Below are positions 57,585-64,000 of a stretch of 64,000 bases of DNA, one piece after another (positions within the stretch are counted from its first letter, which is position 1; each line of letters starts with the position of its first letter). The position numbers were made by a program, and so were the translations under genes. This DNA comes from a virus, in the IMG/VR virus record IMGVR_UViG_3300025435_001056, positions 96,001-160,000 of that record. One strand, written 5' to 3'. The notes under the pieces were generated by a model. It saw only the letters and a list, made by a program, of their open reading frames with translations, had not been told where the DNA came from and did no database searches.

Positions 57585-60500
57585 ATGAACATTCAAGAGC
57601 TGGATTCCTACAACCTCGCAGATGCTGTCAAGTTTAATGATCATCTAAATCCTCGTTTGTGGACTGCCGACGAGCACCTACGCCCCGAAGTGCGTGAGCA
57701 ACTGCTACGCATAGCTGAAGATTTTCGCGAAAGCCTGGGCATATCAGATCTAGATCTACGGGACATAACCATCAGCGGAAGCAATGCGGCCTATACCTAC
57801 ACACCCAATTCAGACATTGATCTACACCTGGTGGTCGATGTGCCCGACGATAAAGTTTATCGTGAACTGTTCAATGCCAAAAAGTTTCAGTACAATGAAC
57901 AGCATGACATCACTATTGGCGGTGCCGATGTGGAACTGTATGTGCAAGACGACAAAGAACCACACATCAGTCAAGGGGTATATTCGGTACTCAACAACAA
58001 GTGGTTGTCAGTGCCACGCCGTGTAAAGAGTGTGGTGGATGATACCAGCACCAGAAATAAATTTGAAACAGTGGGTCATCAGATTGAACGAGCCATCCGG
58101 TCGGGCAACATAAAAAGAATGTCCCGCCTGATTGACAAGATCAAGAAAATGCGTCAAACTGGCCTGGAAGCACACGGAGAATTTGGTCCTGAAAACCTGG
58201 TATTCAAAATGCTACGCACACAGGGCAAGATCAAACAACTGTATGATGCTCGTACAGCGGCCAAGGATCGTGAGCTGAGTCTTAAGGAAAAAGCTCCGGT
58301 TAAGTTGCCAAAACTGACCTGGGGATTCAAGACACCTAGAGTCATGGAAACAGCACCGGCTACAGAACTTGAGCAACCAAAACTGTCTGAAGAAGATATC
58401 TTGCGAGACTTTATACACTTCTGTGTCAAAGAATTAAAAATTGATCGTTTGCCTACCATCAAGTTGCGTAAAGATCCACAGTGGCCTGTGGTGAACAAGA
58501 CCTTTGGCCGTTACACCAATGATCGACATCTACTGGAAGTGGCCTGGGGTGGTCGCCACATCATGGATGTGCTACGCACAGTGGCACATGAACTCACACA
58601 CAAACATCAGCACGAGCGCGATGGTGCCCGTATGGGAGCCACAGCCGGCGAAACCGGCAGTCCTTGGGAAAATGAAGCCAATGCTAGAGCCGGCATACTC
58701 ATGCGTGACTATGCTAGACTGCACCCTGACTATTTTGCCATAGGGCAAGCACATGACTTGACCGAAGCCACCGGATACATACCCACAGCGGCCGAAGCTG
58801 ATGATCCACGCTTTAAGATGGCCTTGACTCGGGATGTGCGTCCGGGTGCTATAGGTCGTGCGGCCAATGCTTTCTTGTTGGACACAGATGCACAGGGTCA
58901 TCCGCAGGAACTGAGACCCGATGGACTGGTACACCGTATGATGGCCGAATACCATCAGTTCAAAAAGAAAAATCGTCTGAGTGAAACAGTAGAGCTGGAC
59001 GAAGTCAAAATGAGTCCCAGCAGTTTGATGAAGTGGGCCGGTAGTCCTGAAGCTCAGGGTATCCGTGCCGGCTTTGAAGCCGAGTTGATATTCCGTGACA
59101 CAGCCAGTGAAGATTCAGATTACGATCAAGAACCCGATTATGATCAGGACGAGCGTTGCCGTAGCATAGATCAAGTGGTGGACTTTTTCCAAACGGATGA
59201 TTATGGTTATGGTATCAGTGATCGCCAGGCTGAACGCTTGCGTGAGGGCCTAGACGAACAATACTACGAGTGGCACGATGAGCGAATGTACGCCGCTTGG
59301 AAAGACGAGCAGGACGAGCTGATTAAAGAAGCCTGGTTAGAAGACAAGCCCATGACGGAACGCATACATGCGGCCTTAGTTGATGGGTTGGAATTGACCG
59401 ATGAAGAAGCCGATGCGGTTGAAGCCTTGCATGCCCAGCGTGAAAAGGGTGAAATCAAAGGTTCAGACATGTCAGAAGAACAGTTGGACATGGTTGCAAA
59501 GTATAGCGAAGCTCGTAGCATTGCCGAAGATGTGTTAGAAGAAGATGTGGAACAAACCATAGCCAAGCAAGATGGTTTCTATGACAGTGTGTTGGACAGC
59601 TTCCGTGATAACTTTTACATAGATGACGACCGCGGATTTTTTGACGATGTAGGACTACGCTGGATGAGCGATGTGTCAAACGAATATGATTTGGGCTGGC
59701 CCTACATGTCCGGTGGTGGCAACGGCGGATCGAGAGATCCTGAAGAAATTGGCGACAGTTTGAGCAAGGCCGTTGGCATGCAGGTCAAAGTAAGTAGCGG
59801 GTATCATCAGGCCACTCGTAAGCCAGACCTGTGGATCCTAGAACCTGACTCGAGTCTGGAACCCGACGATCGTGAAGACTATGGACTCGAAATAGTAAGT
59901 CCACCCCTGCCCTTGTTGACTACACTAGAAAAACTACAACAAGTGGTTGACTGGGCCAACAGCGGTACAGGTGATGCCTATACCAACAGTTCAACTGGCC
60001 TACACATGGGCGTAAGCGTGCCTCACAAGGGCGGTGATGTAGACTATGTTAAACTGATCCTGTTCATGGGTGACGAACATGTGTTGCAACAGTTTGGTCG
60101 TGAAAGCAGTGTGTACTGCAAGAGTGCCCTGGCCAAGTTCCGAGAGAATATCAAGGGTGGCCGTGCGGATCCCATGGGCGTGATCAAATACATGCAATCG
60201 GGCTTGCTAGAACTGGCACACAAGGACATACAAAAAGGTGTAGGCACCGGCAAGTATACAAGTGCGCACATACAGGATGGTTATATAGAATTCAGATCAC
60301 CCGGTGGTGATTGGTTGTCCGAAGCTAGAGCCCTGTCAGAAGATGCCAACAGCGCCAACATATTACAAAATACCATGTTGCGTTTTGCTCGTGCCATGCA
60401 GATTGCCTCTGACCCTAGTGCCGAACGCCAGGAGTATGCCAAAAAGCTGTACAAGCTAGTTGCTCCCGAAGGTGATGATCCTAGCCTGGCTCTGTTTGCT

Positions 60501-61940
60501 CGATACTCCGCAGGCGATATCGACAAAGAACAACTAAAGAAACAGTGGGCTGAAAAGACCTTGGGCACTGAAAAGAAAATTAATCAGCGTTGGAAACTGT
60601 ATCAAAACGTCAACGGACGTTGGGAACCGGTTCCGGCAGCTGAGTGGAACGGCTACACTGAAGATCAGGTAAAAAATGCTGTGTGGAGCCGTTATGGTCG
60701 TGAAGCTCTTGACACTGGTGAATACCAATTGGTCAACATGGGCGAACAAGACTGGGAAGTGTATGATGTCAAGACCGGCAAGACCTTGGAAATAGTCAAG
60801 GGCAAGAGCAAGGGCGAAGTGGCCGATGCGGTGTATGACAAGTATGTGGATCAGGGTATTGGCTTTCAGGTGCGTCCGTGGGAAGATCCTGCCAAGATGT
60901 CACCCCGAGCAAAACTGGCTAAACGAATAGTTAAACCCGCGGACAAAAAAGACTGGGACGTTGTTTACAAACCAACTGGTCGTGTAATTGATAGTATACT
61001 ACGTGTTGACAAAGATGAAGCCAAAAGATTATTGGGACACGTGGCCGCGTTACACGACTTTGAAAATGCCGACGATTTAGAAATTCGTCCGCAAGATGTA
61101 AAACGGGCCGCTGACAATCGCCAAGACAGCAAAAGATTAGGGGCTACCTTGGGCGTCAATAATGTGGAACCCGATGTGGCACAAAACTTTGATCAACCTC
61201 AGGATGCTACCAACAGGGTAGGTTCTTGGAGCATATACGATGTTACCCTAGGACGTGAGCTCAGCAGAATGGACAATGTTCCTTGGTCTCAGGCTGATGC
61301 TCGTGCTAACGAAATTGAACGCGGCACTGGACACAACATATCAGTGCGTGGTTTGTCAGAAACGATGGTAGAAAGCCTACCTGCCAAAAATCTCAATCAG
61401 TTATACAAGATCAAACAGCAGTTGGCCAATCCGGCCATGACCACGGCAGAGCCTGAGCCAACGGCCAAACCAGCCGTTGCCAAACCAGCCCAACCCAGAC
61501 TACATGCCGCTCTAACAGATCTACAGCGCCAGCGTGAAAAGATACAACGCATCCTGGATCTCAAACAGGAGATAGAAACACTTACAGCCCGTGCTGGTCG
61601 CACACGCTACGGAATCACTCCAGGCCTGGCCGCTGATATCGAAGACATATACCCCAATCCTGCCACCGAAAAGGACATGGATGCGGCCATATCCGGTTAT
61701 CAAACCCAGTTGAAAAAACTGCAGGATTATATTGCTCGTCAACGTAGAGTATTTCCCAAGGAAGATGTTGCGGAAAACTTTGCCGATGGTCGAGGTCCAG
61801 GTCGCCCAGGAGACAGCGTTCGTCATGGAATACCCAAAGGTGCTACCATGGCTGAATTAGAAAAGGCCAGTCATGCCAAGGGTAGAAAAGGGCAATTGGC
61901 CCGTTGGCAGTTAAATATGCGTAGAGGAAAAAAGAAATGA
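57585..61940 (+). CDS. Multidomain protein: Pol-beta nucleotidyltransferase + zincin metallopeptidase + COOH-NH2 amidoligase
   Basis: GSNA.Y....SDIDL; AHELTH; GFEAE...EPDSSL...GLEIVSP...TGLHM.VS...IEFR. Confidence 0.75.
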   Translation: MNIQELDSYNLADAVKFNDHLNPRLWTADEHLRPEVREQLLRIAEDFRESLGISDLDLRDITISGSNAAYTYTPNSDIDLHLVVDVPDDKVYRELFNAKKFQYNEQHDITIGGADVELYVQDDKEPHISQGVYSVLNNKWLSVPRRVKSVVDDTSTRNKFETVGHQIERAIRSGNIKRMSRLIDKIKKMRQTGLEAHGEFGPENLVFKMLRTQGKIKQLYDARTAAKDRELSLKEKAPVKLPKLTWGFKTPRVMETAPATELEQPKLSEEDILRDFIHFCVKELKIDRLPTIKLRKDPQWPVVNKTFGRYTNDRHLLEVAWGGRHIMDVLRTVAHELTHKHQHERDGARMGATAGETGSPWENEANARAGILMRDYARLHPDYFAIGQAHDLTEATGYIPTAAEADDPRFKMALTRDVRPGAIGRAANAFLLDTDAQGHPQELRPDGLVHRMMAEYHQFKKKNRLSETVELDEVKMSPSSLMKWAGSPEAQGIRAGFEAELIFRDTASEDSDYDQEPDYDQDERCRSIDQVVDFFQTDDYGYGISDRQAERLREGLDEQYYEWHDERMYAAWKDEQDELIKEAWLEDKPMTERIHAALVDGLELTDEEADAVEALHAQREKGEIKGSDMSEEQLDMVAKYSEARSIAEDVLEEDVEQTIAKQDGFYDSVLDSFRDNFYIDDDRGFFDDVGLRWMSDVSNEYDLGWPYMSGGGNGGSRDPEEIGDSLSKAVGMQVKVSSGYHQATRKPDLWILEPDSSLEPDDREDYGLEIVSPPLPLLTTLEKLQQVVDWANSGTGDAYTNSSTGLHMGVSVPHKGGDVDYVKLILFMGDEHVLQQFGRESSVYCKSALAKFRENIKGGRADPMGVIKYMQSGLLELAHKDIQKGVGTGKYTSAHIQDGYIEFRSPGGDWLSEARALSEDANSANILQNTMLRFARAMQIASDPSAERQEYAKKLYKLVAPEGDDPSLALFARYSAGDIDKEQLKKQWAEKTLGTEKKINQRWKLYQNVNGRWEPVPAAEWNGYTEDQVKNAVWSRYGREALDTGEYQLVNMGEQDWEVYDVKTGKTLEIVKGKSKGEVADAVYDKYVDQGIGFQVRPWEDPAKMSPRAKLAKRIVKPADKKDWDVVYKPTGRVIDSILRVDKDEAKRLLGHVAALHDFENADDLEIRPQDVKRAADNRQDSKRLGATLGVNNVEPDVAQNFDQPQDATNRVGSWSIYDVTLGRELSRMDNVPWSQADARANEIERGTGHNISVRGLSETMVESLPAKNLNQLYKIKQQLANPAMTTAEPEPTAKPAVAKPAQPRLHAALTDLQRQREKIQRILDLKQEIETLTARAGRTRYGITPGLAADIEDIYPNPATEKDMDAAISGYQTQLKKLQDYIARQRRVFPKEDVAENFADGRGPGRPGDSVRHGIPKGATMAELEKASHAKGRKGQLARWQLNMRRGKKK

Positions 61941-62899
61941 AAGCTAACGAATTTGTCACTGAAAAGTGGAGTCAAAAATACAAGAACAGTATCAACTGTA
62001 GCCACCCTAAGGGGTTTAGCCAACGTGCTCATTGTGCTGGCAAGAAGAAGCACAACGAAAGCCATGAGTTAATGGAAATGACATGCCCAGACTGTGGCAT
62101 GTGCCAAACACACGGCAACTTAAATGAAATCAAAAAAGGTCAAAAAGATGCCAACGGTTACACTCGTTGCTGGCCTGGTCGACATGCCGAAGGTACCAAG
62201 CGTGGTAAAAACGGCGGACAAGTTCGCAACTGTGTGCCCAACGAAAGTGTGGCAGAAGGCGAAGGTCGCGTAGATCCTATCCTGATCAAAGCACTCAACC
62301 GCATGCCCGACGGTTTGGCAACTCATCGTGAAGTGCTGGATGCCGCCTATGACGCTTATGCCATGGAACTGGGCAAGATGGCCATGCGAAGCGAGTATGG
62401 TGTAACCAACCGTTATATTCCACAACTCTTGAGCCTTTACAAAGACAAACACGGTTTAACTTTTAACGAAGAACAAGAAGAACTTGCAGAAGAGTTTGAT
62501 CTGATCGAGTCAATCATTGAAGACTTGGCCGCAAGCAATGGAGTTGATAGTGAAGTGATCTGGGAAGATTTAGAGAGCTTGGACGATGATGAGCTGTATG
62601 TGTTTGCTACCACCAGCACCATTATGGAAACTGAAGCCTGGCAAAAGGCCAATAATCGAGATAGAACCAACGGCATGAGTCGTAAGGCAGTAAAAGCCTA
62701 TCGCAGAGAACATCCTGGGTCAAAACTACAAACAGCAGTGACTACTAAACCTTCAAAATTGAAAAAAGGTAGCAAGGCCTCCAAGCGTCGTAAGAGCTAC
62801 TGCTCAAGATCAAAAGGCCAAATGAAAATGCACAATATCTCGTGTGCCAAAACTCCAGATAAAGCTATCTGTAAAGCACGTCGTCGCTGGAATTGCTGA
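61937..62899 (+). CDS. Modular basic/acidic protein, probable internal head protein
   Basis: MKANEFVTE start; Cys-containing basic modules (KWSQKYK..I.C..PKGFSQ.AHC; CWPG...NCV; RRKSYC.R...RRRWNC). Confidence 0.65.
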   Translation: MKANEFVTEKWSQKYKNSINCSHPKGFSQRAHCAGKKKHNESHELMEMTCPDCGMCQTHGNLNEIKKGQKDANGYTRCWPGRHAEGTKRGKNGGQVRNCVPNESVAEGEGRVDPILIKALNRMPDGLATHREVLDAAYDAYAMELGKMAMRSEYGVTNRYIPQLLSLYKDKHGLTFNEEQEELAEEFDLIESIIEDLAASNGVDSEVIWEDLESLDDDELYVFATTSTIMETEAWQKANNRDRTNGMSRKAVKAYRREHPGSKLQTAVTTKPSKLKKGSKASKRRKSYCSRSKGQMKMHNISCAKTPDKAICKARRRWNC

Positions 62900-63153
62900 T
62901 GCGTTTGAGAGAGTTTGCTCCTGGAGCCGGTGACGGCCGTAACGAGCCCAACGAAGAAGAAGTGCTTCGCAAGTTGGCCGCACAGTGGTGGCACGGCGAT
63001 GAAGATCCGCGTGCTGAACGTGCCTTGTCCGCCCTGGGTTGGACCATAGGACAAAACGAAAGCGATGACGAAGACGGTGTGTTTGTTGTGCGTATTGGCG
63101 ACATCAACGGCGACAGTTACATATCCTTTCCAGAAAGCGAATTGGATTTATGA
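62899..63153 (+). CDS. Hypothetical protein
   Basis: MRLREF start overlapping the upstream TGA. Confidence 0.65.
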   Translation: MRLREFAPGAGDGRNEPNEEEVLRKLAAQWWHGDEDPRAERALSALGWTIGQNESDDEDGVFVVRIGDINGDSYISFPESELDL

Positions 63154-64000
63154 GATTAAGAGAGTTTGTAACTAACCCAGATCCGTGGAATGGTGGCGAG
63201 GATGATGAAGTACCAGATCATCTGTATCGTTTGGCCAATCTATGGTGGAACTCTGCTGATCCGCAAGAACAACAAGCCTATGCTCGTGAATTGGCCGCAC
63301 TTGGCTGGACTATTCAACAGGTAGATTATGATTATGTCCAGCTCAAGAATCGCGCAGGTCAAGAGTATACTATCAGTGACAGCGGCTTTGATCCCGATCT
63401 AGATGAAGTTGTAAATCCTAACCTGCGACCCGGCTGGGAACGCCGGGAACACCGCGGTGGATTGGATCTCTTGGCTTCTTACAATGAACCCAACGGTCAG
63501 CGGGTGCTCAGCATCTTGGCCTATGATCGCGGCGGTAGAGAAATAGGCAATGCACACTTTGAAGTCATAAACGATCATTTGGAAAGTTTTGACACCTATG
63601 TGCGGCCCGACATGCGCCATCAGGGCATAGCCACTGTGATGTATGACTATGCGCAAGAGCTGGGCAATGATCTCAAGCCCAGCGGCTATCAAACTCGTGC
63701 TGGCAAGCGGTTCTGGCGAGCCCGTCAGCAACCACAACAGGTGGCCGAAATCAGTGACGAACTACGCCGTAGCTATTTAGATCGTGCTGGTCGTCATGTG
63801 GATCGTCGTATGGATCACATGGCTCGTGTGCGTGATAAACTCAATAAAGGTTATGAAATCTACCATGCAGATCGTCCTGCAGGAAGCTCACAGATAGTGG
63901 ATCGCTTTGAAGCTGATACTCCTGCGGAAGCCAGACGCTATTATGAACAGTATATTCAGAACTATGAAAGTGATCGAGACTTTGATCTACGCCTACGCCG
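63150..64000 (+). CDS. GNAT-domain multidomain protein (runs off the window end)
   Basis: Not in the track. ATG at 63150 (MRLREFVTNP...), open to the end; GNAT motif A VRPDMRHQGIA and QT.AG..FW. Confidence 0.75.
   Translation, partial: MRLREFVTNPDPWNGGEDDEVPDHLYRLANLWWNSADPQEQQAYARELAALGWTIQQVDYDYVQLKNRAGQEYTISDSGFDPDLDEVVNPNLRPGWERREHRGGLDLLASYNEPNGQRVLSILAYDRGGREIGNAHFEVINDHLESFDTYVRPDMRHQGIATVMYDYAQELGNDLKPSGYQTRAGKRFWRARQQPQQVAEISDELRRSYLDRAGRHVDRRMDHMARVRDKLNKGYEIYHADRPAGSSQIVDRFEADTPAEARRYYEQYIQNYESDRDFDLRLR

Noticed and set aside
1-64000. Stop-codon reassignment
   Set aside because: Genes are intact under the standard code and TAA, TGA and TAG all terminate recognisable proteins.
1-64000. 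tRNA, tmRNA or rRNA genes
   Set aside because: No cloverleaf with D/T-loop consensus or rRNA-like segment was seen in the intergenic gaps by eye; tRNAscan/ARAGORN would be needed to exclude them fully.

Overview
A 64-kb segment of a large, T4-like/jumbo tailed phage genome using the standard genetic code. The host is probably a proteobacterium, plausibly Burkholderiales-like (inferred from Bug/TctC, ErpA, AhpC-AhpD and DUF4214 genes). It contains collagen-like and Gly/Asn-rich tail-fibre/baseplate genes and blocks of small early genes behind near-consensus sigma70 promoters. Late genes sit behind TAAATA motifs. Other genes encode two homing endonucleases, replication parts (DnaE N-terminal fragment, clamp loader), chaperones (GroES, DnaJ, ClpA), redox/Fe-S proteins (AhpC, AhpD, SOD, ErpA), translation-related proteins (IF-1, RimK), PhoH, two radical SAM enzymes, an 8-gene enzyme/transporter cluster and multidomain putative head-packaged effectors. 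The most notable observations are: (1) a ~290-nt highly base-paired leader RNA before a cell-wall hydrolase; (2) an IF-1 gene that appears to start at a non-canonical AUA codon, in a genome where many promoters sit only 4-7 nt from the ATG (apparently leaderless mRNAs); (3) a biosynthetic-like operon (ferritin-like diiron enzyme, amidotransferase, TctC, oxygenase, P-loop proteins, kinase-nucleotidyltransferase); (4) a DGQH(ParB-like)/HNH-like/ABC-GNAT operon; (5) a 1451-aa NTase-metallopeptidase-amidoligase polyprotein. No tRNA, rRNA or CRISPR array was seen. All family assignments are by motif recognition only; no searches were run.
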